A stretch of DNA of 64,000 nt, from positions 8,460 through 72,459 of the forward strand of contig CAUZEO010000002.1 in assembly GCA_963578625.1 (NCBI GenBank), in the 5' to 3' direction. Made by a program: the position numbers and the translations under genes. The stretch comes from Kiritimatiellia bacterium. GTDB taxonomy: Bacteria > Verrucomicrobiota > Kiritimatiellia > SLOV01. Below, piece after piece: positions 55,945 through 64,000 of the stretch. The notes under the pieces are model-generated. The model was not told the DNA's origin. It did no database searches and was given only the letters and a program-made list of their open reading frames with translations. Each line of letters begins with the position of its first letter. The first letter of the stretch is position 1.

Positions 55945-58419
55945 TCAATCACTGACTTCCGGATAATGAAACGCCCGCAGCCGGTCGGCGCTGGCTTTGG
56001 TGACGCTCAGAGAGTGCTCCGCCCGAATTGAGTTGATGGCGTCAAAAGCTGCCCGGGAAATCTCTCTGGTTTCGGCGGTTGGCGTTGTGGTTTTTTGCGT
56101 CTGCATGTACATGACTTCCCGGTGACCCAGTTTTGCGTAGGCAATACGCCGTGTCAACGTGGGGTCGTCCATCACCTTCGAGGCGATCCCCTCAAGCTGC
56201 GCGAGCCCATCCAGAAGAATGTCCATCGGAATATCCTGGTGATTGACCGGCGTCCACCCCTCCGTTTTCCATGCGTCACTCTCGCGAATCGCTTCTTCCA
56301 TCAACATTGTATAGTCGTACATCTCGTCCGCCACCGGTCCATAGTAGTGATCGCACAGGTCCCGGATGATCTCCACATAATCCACATCCACATCCCAGAG
56401 CGTTTCCGCCATGACGTGAAAGAGAAGAAAAGAAACCTGCTTGCTCGGCTCCGTTTCCCCGAACCAGGCCCGCACCCCGTAGAGGCGGGAAAGGTTTCTC
56501 ACGATGTCGCTCGTGCTGTAGAACCAGAACAGCGCGGTGTCGGGATGCGCGTAATCCATATAATTATAGTAGGTTAGAGACGCGCCCGCCTCCTTCCAAC
56601 GACTCAACTGCCTGTGCCAATGGTCCCATATCGGATTTTCCTCCGTCATGCTGACGCCCAGGGGCCCGCGGCCGCGGCCTCCGGAAAGGTTGGCGTATTG
56701 CACCAGCACATTCTCGTGAAGCATGTTCTTTTCGGGTGGTTCCAAGGTATAGCTGTACGCTTGCACGAGAATTCTCTTGTCGGGATGGACCTCCGCCACT
56801 CGTCGCGCGACCTCGTTGGCGTAGTTCACCGCGCGATCCGTCATGCGTTCGACATGGCCCTTGCTCGCATGGTTCGACCAGTCGATACCCGGCGGATCGA
56901 GCGCCTTGCAGTCATCGCACTCACACCAGAGGCTCGGCCCGTCCATCGGGATCAACGGAAAGGATCGATCCTGCGGATTCCGTTCAAAGTAATCGAGAAT
57001 GAGCTGCACGGTATAATCCCGCAGGCCTTTGCTTGACACGCAGAGCTGGTTTGGAAAGTAGGGAGGAAGATGACACATGGGCTTCCGCTCGCCTTCTACC
57101 AGCGGATACCACTCCGGGTGATCGTCAAAGTACTTCGTGTGCGGGGCGACGCTGTCGTTGTAGGAATGATTCCCCAGCTGCGGCCAGCCATATCCGCGGT
57201 GCGCGCCGAAATTGTACGCTCTAATGCCTGCAAAAAAAAATCCGTTCAATCGGTTCCGCATCGCCCAGTCGAAATACTCGTCCACGTTCGTCGCGTTCCA
57301 TCCGCGTTCCCCATCCGGTCGAAGGAAATAATCCTGCGCCAGCGCCTGGACGCCGCGAATATCGTAGTCGGGAATCTCGAGCCGGTTTTCTACCGGCCGC
57401 AGCGCTTTTCGTTCTGGAATCACCTCCCCTTCGGCCCCCGGCGTCACCCACCGGCAACCCTGCTGTTTAAGAAAATCATAAACGGCGTACAAAGTGGCCT
57501 GGCCACTGTTTCCGACGAGATGAATCTTGGCGCCGCGCTGCTGGACCAGGTACGAATCCGAAGGCTGATTCTTGAGCCGGCGGCGCTGACCGGACGACGC
57601 GGCGCGCCCGATTCGAAGAAACCGCCCCTTGTGAACCGGATCGCGGCCCTTCAGTCCCGGTACGCGTCCCGTCATTCTGAATATGTGGCGTTGCAGTTCG
57701 TAGCAGGCGTACTGCTCCGCCCGGGTCGCATCGGCGGAAAGCACGATCCCCCCGAGCTGCGACCCGTCGTCGAACGGAACGGGAGAAGAAATTAAAGACG
57801 CCGCTTCCATCACGACGTTTCGAAATTCCATGTTCTGCCCCGCGGACGCGTCGCTGCAAAGACGGATCTCCGCATCACCGCCGGGAACCGTGACCGAAAT
57901 CTCAATGGACCGCCAGATCTTGCCTGCCTGCACCGCGCCGCTGGAAGACTTCCCCGCGGACGATACAAACACCAATTCCGCGGTCGCTTCCGGGGAACCC
58001 CGAATCTCCGCGCGTAACCGGTAGTCGCCGGACAGGGGCGAAAGTTTCTGCACGAAGCAGCCGCGACCCGCCTCTTTCGTGTCTATGACTACCGGGGAAG
58101 GCAGATTGAATTTGAAAAAGATGTGATACGGGAGCGGTAAATCAGGCAGGTTCCCCTCCGCTTTCCTGAATGCATGGACTCCGCTTACCGTCTCCGGGGT
58201 CCAACCGGCGGGAAGCGTACGATCCTTGAACAAGGCGTATTTCACCGGATCCCCCGTCTCCAGATATATTTCGACTTCGTCTCCCGTGAGCGAAAACGTG
58301 GAGAAGTCGCCGTTGTACACCGGCCACTTGGAAATGGTTTCGGCAGCGACCGGAAACGCGATCAGGCAAAAAGCGGAGAGAAACACGAGAGGTAGAATAA
58401 GGCGTTTCATGTAATCCAT
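55945..58419 (-). CDS. DUF4838 domain protein (putative secreted glycan-active enzyme)
   Basis: Start at 58419 or 58410 (MDYMKRLILPLVFLSAFCLIAFPVAA signal). ..LVGNSGQATLYAVYDFLKQQGCRWVTPG.. is the block I associate with DUF4838. Confidence 0.6.
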   Translation of the reverse strand: MDYMKRLILPLVFLSAFCLIAFPVAAETISKWPVYNGDFSTFSLTGDEVEIYLETGDPVKYALFKDRTLPAGWTPETVSGVHAFRKAEGNLPDLPLPYHIFFKFNLPSPVVIDTKEAGRGCFVQKLSPLSGDYRLRAEIRGSPEATAELVFVSSAGKSSSGAVQAGKIWRSIEISVTVPGGDAEIRLCSDASAGQNMEFRNVVMEAASLISSPVPFDDGSQLGGIVLSADATRAEQYACYELQRHIFRMTGRVPGLKGRDPVHKGRFLRIGRAASSGQRRRLKNQPSDSYLVQQRGAKIHLVGNSGQATLYAVYDFLKQQGCRWVTPGAEGEVIPERKALRPVENRLEIPDYDIRGVQALAQDYFLRPDGERGWNATNVDEYFDWAMRNRLNGFFFAGIRAYNFGAHRGYGWPQLGNHSYNDSVAPHTKYFDDHPEWYPLVEGERKPMCHLPPYFPNQLCVSSKGLRDYTVQLILDYFERNPQDRSFPLIPMDGPSLWCECDDCKALDPPGIDWSNHASKGHVERMTDRAVNYANEVARRVAEVHPDKRILVQAYSYTLEPPEKNMLHENVLVQYANLSGGRGRGPLGVSMTEENPIWDHWHRQLSRWKEAGASLTYYNYMDYAHPDTALFWFYSTSDIVRNLSRLYGVRAWFGETEPSKQVSFLLFHVMAETLWDVDVDYVEIIRDLCDHYYGPVADEMYDYTMLMEEAIRESDAWKTEGWTPVNHQDIPMDILLDGLAQLEGIASKVMDDPTLTRRIAYAKLGHREVMYMQTQKTTTPTAETREISRAAFDAINSIRAEHSLSVTKASADRLRAFHYPEVSD

Positions 58420-58426
58420 GGATGGT

Positions 58427-59416
58427 CTAACCAATTCGCACCACCTTCCCGGACTCGATCGAATCGTAGGCCGCGACCGCGATCTGTACCGCGGCTCGTC
58501 CATCCCGGCCGGTGATCTCCGGTTCGTGATCGTTTAGCACGGCATGAACCCAGGCGGCCAACTCCTGTACGACCGAACTGCCGGAGCTCTCCACCTGTCG
58601 CGTCTCCAACTCACCGTCAAAACGTTTCACCTGCACGGTTGGGTTTTCCATGGACAAGAAGGGAAAATCGATCATGCCTTCTGTACCGTCGATCCGGCCG
58701 CTGTATCGCCCATGGGCGGTGGCAATACAGGATTGAAGACATCCCGTTGCGCCGTTCTTGAAGTGAAGCGTTACCACTGTGACATCGGGATAGTCCACGT
58801 TATTATTCACGTAAATCCCCCCCGCCGCGTAAACCGATTCCACCTCGCCGCAGACGTGCCGCATGAAATCGATTTCGTGTGAATTTATCTCCATCAACAC
58901 GCCGCCGCTTTTCTCGCGGCTCAGCCGCCAGTCCTTTTCCCAGACGCCCCCCCACGGACCGGCCAGGCGATCCACGTACATGTGTATGGGCTCGCCGATC
59001 TCCCCCGCGTTCACCAATTTTCTCACCGTGCTGTGGATGGGGTGGTACCGGCACACCAGCCCAACCATCAGTTTGATCCCGGCACGCTCCGCGGCCGCAA
59101 TAACGGCGTCACAATCATCAATGGTTGTCGCCAGGGGCTTTTCGACAAACACGTCCTTTCCTGCTTCCGATGCCGCAATACAAAGCTCCCGATGCAGGAA
59201 CGGCGGCGAGGCAATGATGACTCCCCGAACATCCTCGCGGGCAAGCAGTCCTCCCAGGTCGGATTCCACTGCCGCGCCGTGCTTCTCCGCGAGCGCCTTG
59301 GAAGCCCCGGCATCCGGGTCGAAAACGGCGACCAGTTTCGCCGCGTCCACTTCCGCCAGCCCGGCCGACAGGCTACCGCCCATCACTCCACATCCGATCA
59401 GTCCCACGTTCATCAT
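58427..59416 (-). CDS. Gfo/Idh/MocA family oxidoreductase
   Basis: MMNVGLIGCGVMGGSLS Rossmann N-terminus, EKPLATT motif, typical length of 329 aa. Confidence 0.85.
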   Translation of the reverse strand: MMNVGLIGCGVMGGSLSAGLAEVDAAKLVAVFDPDAGASKALAEKHGAAVESDLGGLLAREDVRGVIIASPPFLHRELCIAASEAGKDVFVEKPLATTIDDCDAVIAAAERAGIKLMVGLVCRYHPIHSTVRKLVNAGEIGEPIHMYVDRLAGPWGGVWEKDWRLSREKSGGVLMEINSHEIDFMRHVCGEVESVYAAGGIYVNNNVDYPDVTVVTLHFKNGATGCLQSCIATAHGRYSGRIDGTEGMIDFPFLSMENPTVQVKRFDGELETRQVESSGSSVVQELAAWVHAVLNDHEPEITGRDGRAAVQIAVAAYDSIESGKVVRIG

Positions 59417-59668
59417 ATTAATCTCCTTTCCTCTCCCAAACCTCCGATACCTTGCCTAATCCGCAACCCGTTGACAAACTGGATTCTCGATGGACTTGCC
59501 ACCAGGGTCTCCCAACTCATTGACAATCAGGGCGGGGATTCCTACGGTGCCCGCCCTGAGAATACGCTCAGGAATACGCGGACAGACAGGAGACCCGGAA
59601 TGTCGATTTTTAGAGTAATACACGGAATTTCCCGCCTTGACTGCCTGTCATTCATTCTCGAGGAGGAC

Positions 59669-61144
59669 ATGGCCGAACGGGACAACACCGGGTGGCGGAT
59701 GGAGCAGGCTGTCCGGGACCCCGCCAACCCGATGATCGAGCCTCATTATCCCTGGGACAGCGGGTGCCCTTTTGCCCACGGCACCTTCCTCATCGATCCG
59801 ATCGACGGGTTGTGGAAGGGCTGGTACATCTCCGGGCCCGCGGGCAAAGCGGACTTCGAGAACTACCGGATCCTCACCTACGCGACCTCCGAAGACGGCG
59901 TGAACTGGACAAGGCCGGAATTGGATCTCTGCCCGCGACCGGGCCACCCCAAAACGAACATTCTCTTCGATTTCGACTCCGGCGGGAGCTCCATGTACGC
60001 GTCCGTCATCGTTCATCCGGACGCGGAGCCGGATCGCCGATACGAAATGTTCTGCATGCGAGGTCCCGACCGCTCCGGTGAAGAGTCGCCCCGCTTCGTC
60101 CGCGGCATCGAACGGAAACCCGGGCAGGAGTTCCATCCGTTTGCGACATACCGGTATTTTTCAAATGATGGAATCCACTGGAAAGCACACGAGGGCCCCC
60201 TGCTCGAGCCGCAAACCGTCGGCATGAAAATGACGATGCCGTACGCCTCGCCACAAGGGGGCGCCGACCAGGCGTCGTATTATTCAAACCGAAAACTTGG
60301 AATGGACGATGACGGCTACACGCTGTACCAGAAAGTCGGCGAACCCATGCATCCCGGCGGCTTGGTTTCCCACGACTGCTTCCCTTGGGGACGGCGCGTG
60401 ATCGCTCGACGAACCAGCCCCGATGGCTCGAACTGGTCGACACCCGAAGTCATCATCCAGCCCGATTGGCGCGATCCGCATGACCAGCAGTTCATGGAAG
60501 TCACGCCGCACAAAGTACGCGGCGGGATCCTGGGCCTGCTGTGCTGTTACAATGTGCGCGAACATACGATCGATTTTCAATTGGCCGGCAGTGAAGACGG
60601 GCGACTGTGGTCGCGCCCCTCGCGCCAACCGACGCTGCCGGTATCGCCCCTGGGCGATTACGGGGGCGGTATGCTGTGGCCCACACACGAGTTCATCGAG
60701 CATGATGGGCGGCTATACATGTACTACGCCGGGCTGGAGGGGCTTCACGGCGACACGTCATTCGGCATCGGACCGAATCTCTGGAATTTCTACGGGGCAA
60801 TGTGCCGCGCCAGCTGGGAGGTCGACCGCTACTGGTCTGTCGTCAGTGGTATCGGCAGCGTGTATGAAGCCAGCTTTAGATCGCACGCCGCGCCCGCGGG
60901 AGGGAAAAAGCTGATCCTGAACGCCGCAACCTCAACCGTTTCGGAGGGCGAGCTATCCGTCGAGCTGACCGATCCGGAAGGGAAACCCATTGAAGGGTTC
61001 ACACGCGACGATTATCAGCCATGGCACGGGGACTCCAAGGCGCAACAGGCGCGCTGGACCGGCGGTGATGTCTGCCCGCGCGATGATGCCGCCGCCCGCT
61101 TCTTCATTCGTCGCGCTCGCCTCTACGGCTTTGCATGGGAATAG
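59669..61144 (+). CDS. predicted beta-propeller glycoside hydrolase-like protein (GH43/32/130-like fold, unassigned)
   Basis: The start of track ORF 58982..61144 was moved to ATG 59669 (GGAGGA just upstream; alternative 59600) because the 5' part is antisense to the oxidoreductase gene. ..LTYATSEDGVNWTRPELD.., ..YFSNDGIHWKAHEGPLL.., ..RTSPDGSNWSTPEV.. are repeated propeller-blade motifs. Confidence 0.5.
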   Translation: MAERDNTGWRMEQAVRDPANPMIEPHYPWDSGCPFAHGTFLIDPIDGLWKGWYISGPAGKADFENYRILTYATSEDGVNWTRPELDLCPRPGHPKTNILFDFDSGGSSMYASVIVHPDAEPDRRYEMFCMRGPDRSGEESPRFVRGIERKPGQEFHPFATYRYFSNDGIHWKAHEGPLLEPQTVGMKMTMPYASPQGGADQASYYSNRKLGMDDDGYTLYQKVGEPMHPGGLVSHDCFPWGRRVIARRTSPDGSNWSTPEVIIQPDWRDPHDQQFMEVTPHKVRGGILGLLCCYNVREHTIDFQLAGSEDGRLWSRPSRQPTLPVSPLGDYGGGMLWPTHEFIEHDGRLYMYYAGLEGLHGDTSFGIGPNLWNFYGAMCRASWEVDRYWSVVSGIGSVYEASFRSHAAPAGGKKLILNAATSTVSEGELSVELTDPEGKPIEGFTRDDYQPWHGDSKAQQARWTGGDVCPRDDAAARFFIRRARLYGFAWE

Positions 61145-61197
61145 CGGCTGCCCAGATTTCAGAAATGCGCATCTGACGGCAACTGAAAGGATATCGA

Positions 61198-62067
61198 ATG
61201 AATCTCTCCGTCATGCTGTTTCCGTTCCACGCCCGGTTATCAGACGGCACCCTCACGTCGGCCCGCATGATCAAGATCCTTCGCGGCGAAAGAATTACCG
61301 CCATAGAGCCGATGATGAGCTGGATAGAAGCCGATCCCGCGAAGTGGTCTGAGTTCGATCGCGCGGCACGCGACGGGGGCATGACCTACTGCTGTTACGA
61401 CATCGGAGTGAATCTAGTCGGTGAGAATGAGAAGGACCGCACCACAGCCGTTGACCTCGTAGAGCGAGGCGTCGACTTCTGCCGGAACGAGCTGGACTGC
61501 CCCATCGTAATGCTGGCCGGAAGCAACGCTGCGGAGAACATGACAAACGATGAAGGACGAAAATTCTATGGAGAAACGCTTGCCAGGTGCTATGAGCGAA
61601 CGCGCGGATCAGGGGTAACGCTTACCATCGAAAATTTCGGAGTCTACCCGAATTTTACCGCCGGGGCCGCCCACAACCTGGAAGTGCTGGAAACGGCGAA
61701 TTACCCCGAAATAATGTTCGCCTTCGACAACGGAAACTTCCTGCTCGGCGACGATGAACCCACGCATGCGTACGGGCTGCTACAGGACCGAACAGTTCAC
61801 CTGCACATCAAGGACTTTTCGCTCACGGACCCGGATGACAAGCGCTCCCTCCCCTCTCCAAGCGGCAAACGATATGTGGCCTGCCCCCTCGGCAACGGAG
61901 ATGGCGAAGTCGCCGAGATTCTGGATCTCTTCAGCAAGAGCCAATACAATAGCTGGGTTTCACTTGAGGTCCACGGATCCGACGACCCACTCGCCGCAGC
62001 GGTTCACGGCGCCAGGTTCGTATGGAACGAAGAGGACTCTCGGGAATACGGCTCTGCCCAGAATTAG
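61198..62067 (+). CDS. sugar phosphate isomerase/epimerase (xylose isomerase-like TIM barrel)
   Basis: 289 aa. ..VTLTIENFG.., ..VHLHIKDF.., ..WVSLEVHG.. fit the AP_endonuc_2 / TIM-barrel family. Confidence 0.75.
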   Translation: MNLSVMLFPFHARLSDGTLTSARMIKILRGERITAIEPMMSWIEADPAKWSEFDRAARDGGMTYCCYDIGVNLVGENEKDRTTAVDLVERGVDFCRNELDCPIVMLAGSNAAENMTNDEGRKFYGETLARCYERTRGSGVTLTIENFGVYPNFTAGAAHNLEVLETANYPEIMFAFDNGNFLLGDDEPTHAYGLLQDRTVHLHIKDFSLTDPDDKRSLPSPSGKRYVACPLGNGDGEVAEILDLFSKSQYNSWVSLEVHGSDDPLAAAVHGARFVWNEEDSREYGSAQN

Positions 62068-62101
62068 ACCTCGTCAAACGACGAACCGAAGTCGTTCTTC
62101 G

Positions 62102-64000
62102 CTACTGCTCCACGACAACCAACGCATACCCGCTCACCACCGGGATCGTGACCGAAACATAGCCGTCCTGCACCACGTGGGGCAACGGATCTTCCGATGG
62201 CGCAAGATAAACACGCGCCGGCGGGGCATCGTCGGCGCGGAGAGATATCTCGACGTCTCGCAGCTCGATCGGCTCTTCAATCATCTCGATGCTGGGGCCG
62301 CGGCGTTCCGGGACATAGGAGAGCACATGCACCATGCGTCGATTCCGCTGCCCGGTTACAGTAACTCGGGCAAACGAGGGCAGATTTCGGGCGCGCACGA
62401 TGGGATTCGGCAGCAGCGACTTGATAAGATTCGCCACGATCTGGCGCAGTGGAACCGGCGCATCGTCATGGTACGCCCTGAATACGGCGTGGCTGATGTG
62501 CGCGACGTTCCCGTTGCGAGTAACCGCCGGATGATTCGTTTCGCGGTCCGGCGGAAGATACAAATGTCCGTGCTCCCCGTCCCAGTGGCGGTTGAAGTAG
62601 GGTCGCACGAGAGTCGCAAGGACCTCGGTACCCGTCTGAGCTTCGTTGCGGGTCCCCTGACAGTAGAAGTTGTGGGGCATGTCGGGAATGCCGTCCCTCA
62701 GCGGCTCACGGACCGAATAGTATGCAGGGTCGTCCGTGTGATCACCTCCGAATACCAGTCCCCATTCCGAAAATACGTACGCCTCCCGCTCCCGGTCCAG
62801 TCCCGACCATCCGCTGGAAAGGATGGAGCCTCCCGCATCAAGGTGCGCTCGAATCTTTTTCGCCGCCGATTCATCCAACAACACCTCATCGGGCAGGACC
62901 AGCAGTTGATATCCGTCCCAGGCGCGCTTGGATGAAACGATGTCGAACTGGAGCTTCAGCTCACAAAGCATTCGAGCAGCGCCTTTCACGGTCCGGTCCG
63001 CAAGCGCCTCGAGCTCCGGATCGATGCCGTTGGGCGGATCAATCGGCATGACGACCGCAACCTCCCCGATGGGATCCGCTCCCACCGTCCAGGGATCCAG
63101 CTTTTGCAGGCGTCCGTAGATCGGCTCGATCAGATCGAATACTGCATCGTTTATGTCACCCCTGGGATGAAGATGACCCCCAATTGTCGGGCGCATGCCG
63201 TTCGCGATGCCTTGCAGGCAGTCAAATTCGAGACTGGCCTCCGTTCTGATCCCGCCGAAGTCGCCCCAGGATCGGTGAAACCTGCCGGTCATGTTCAGGA
63301 CCGGTTTGCCGAGGGTTCGCAAGTAGCGCGATACCGCAGGAAACGATTCGTACCCCCATCCACCCGTAGGCAGACATTCAAACTCGTAGTAGCTGCAATA
63401 CGGCTCCTGATCCTCGTAAGGAATGCCGTTGAAATAGAGCAGGAGTTCCGGCTTCAGAGCCAGGGCCGCCTCCGCGATGCGTCGCGTCATTCGGACCCGG
63501 CTGAAATGAGCAAACTCCCTGACGCGTACGGGGTCCTCCCAATCGATTCCGCGCTCCTTCATTTCGCGAATACATTCAACACCCACGCAGGGACATAGAT
63601 TCATGCAATCCAGAAACAATCCGGCAACGGGGTATCCGGAAACCAGTTCCCGCACCAACTCGAGGAGGTGATCTCCATACGGCGAGTTGTAGCACATCAT
63701 TCGAAAAAAATGATCGAGCGTATCGGGCCGATGTGTGTAGCCCTCCGGCGTCAGCACCGTCCAATCGCGGTGCAGGAGGCCTTCCTCATGGCTGAGTCCC
63801 GCATTCACATATGCGCTGAAGGTAATACTCTTCGCCCGGCACGATTCCGCCAGGCGCCCGATCAGGTCGTACTGCAGGGATGGGTGGCGAATGCCTACCG
63901 TGGTATTGAAGTACGCCATCCCAAGGTTGCACCGGGCGGCAAAGACAAGGTAGTCCACCCCACAGGCCGCAATCCGGTCCGTAAATCGTTCGACATCGAA
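62102..64000 (-). CDS. putative glycoside-hydrolase-like TIM barrel (GHL6-type) with beta-galactosidase-trimerisation-like domain; 5' end beyond the right edge
   Basis: The frame stays open upstream of the GTG at 63958 to base 64000 (..FDVERFTDRIAACGVDYLVFAARCNLGMAYFNT..), so the gene is partial. Family call from memory of the GHL6 pattern. Confidence 0.5.
   Translation of the reverse strand, partial: FDVERFTDRIAACGVDYLVFAARCNLGMAYFNTTVGIRHPSLQYDLIGRLAESCRAKSITFSAYVNAGLSHEEGLLHRDWTVLTPEGYTHRPDTLDHFFRMMCYNSPYGDHLLELVRELVSGYPVAGLFLDCMNLCPCVGVECIREMKERGIDWEDPVRVREFAHFSRVRMTRRIAEAALALKPELLLYFNGIPYEDQEPYCSYYEFECLPTGGWGYESFPAVSRYLRTLGKPVLNMTGRFHRSWGDFGGIRTEASLEFDCLQGIANGMRPTIGGHLHPRGDINDAVFDLIEPIYGRLQKLDPWTVGADPIGEVAVVMPIDPPNGIDPELEALADRTVKGAARMLCELKLQFDIVSSKRAWDGYQLLVLPDEVLLDESAAKKIRAHLDAGGSILSSGWSGLDREREAYVFSEWGLVFGGDHTDDPAYYSVREPLRDGIPDMPHNFYCQGTRNEAQTGTEVLATLVRPYFNRHWDGEHGHLYLPPDRETNHPAVTRNGNVAHISHAVFRAYHDDAPVPLRQIVANLIKSLLPNPIVRARNLPSFARVTVTGQRNRRMVHVLSYVPERRGPSIEMIEEPIELRDVEISLRADDAPPARVYLAPSEDPLPHVVQDGYVSVTIPVVSGYALVVVEQ

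Noticed and set aside
58982-59668. The 5' 229 codons of the 720-aa track ORF.
   Set aside because: This part is antisense to the well-supported Gfo/Idh/MocA gene and has junk composition. A start at 59669 (or 59600) leaves a coherent protein. N-terminal extensions were trimmed in the same way for hemY, both kinases, the PQQ propeller, the porin, both transporters and DUF4838.

Overview
64-kb chromosomal window, roughly 55-60% GC by eye. The gene content points to the PVC superphylum, most likely a Verrucomicrobiota-like genome: DapL-type DAP/lysine route, Minf_1886-like, DUF4159 and DUF4838 proteins, a PulG-like prepilin and a PQQ beta-propeller. This taxonomic call is an inference.

About 45 genes look intact:
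- dapL and a DapF homologue
- a czcCBA metal-efflux operon with His-rich accessory proteins
- tRNA-Ser(UGA)
- hemH-hemY
- two two-component modules
- leuS, M16 and M23 peptidases, mfd
- two large transporters
- a beta-oxidation operon preceded by a cNMP-domain patatin
- a glycan-utilisation cluster at the right edge

I saw no CRISPR array, transposase, rRNA or recognisable defence system.

Most worth a second look:
1. The DapF homologue carries Ser at both catalytic Cys positions.
2. A translationally coupled operon (small CXXCH membrane protein, hemH, hemY, AhbD-like radical SAM) has a frameshifted and truncated last gene.
3. A bacterial Hedgehog-N-like zinc peptidase lies downstream of an M16 peptidase.
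4. A 2.5-kb low-GC islet is bracketed by tRNA-Ser and a copy of the tRNA 5' half.
5. A membrane protein with a C-terminal Cys-rich module is co-operonic with a response regulator and a hybrid kinase.
6. Broken genes are unusually dense and concentrated in accessory functions, including an eroded CDP-alcohol transferase / CdsA-like / acyltransferase cluster.

I could not identify one unambiguous novel multi-gene system, and the interest scores reflect that. All family calls are motif recognition by eye. No database search was run.
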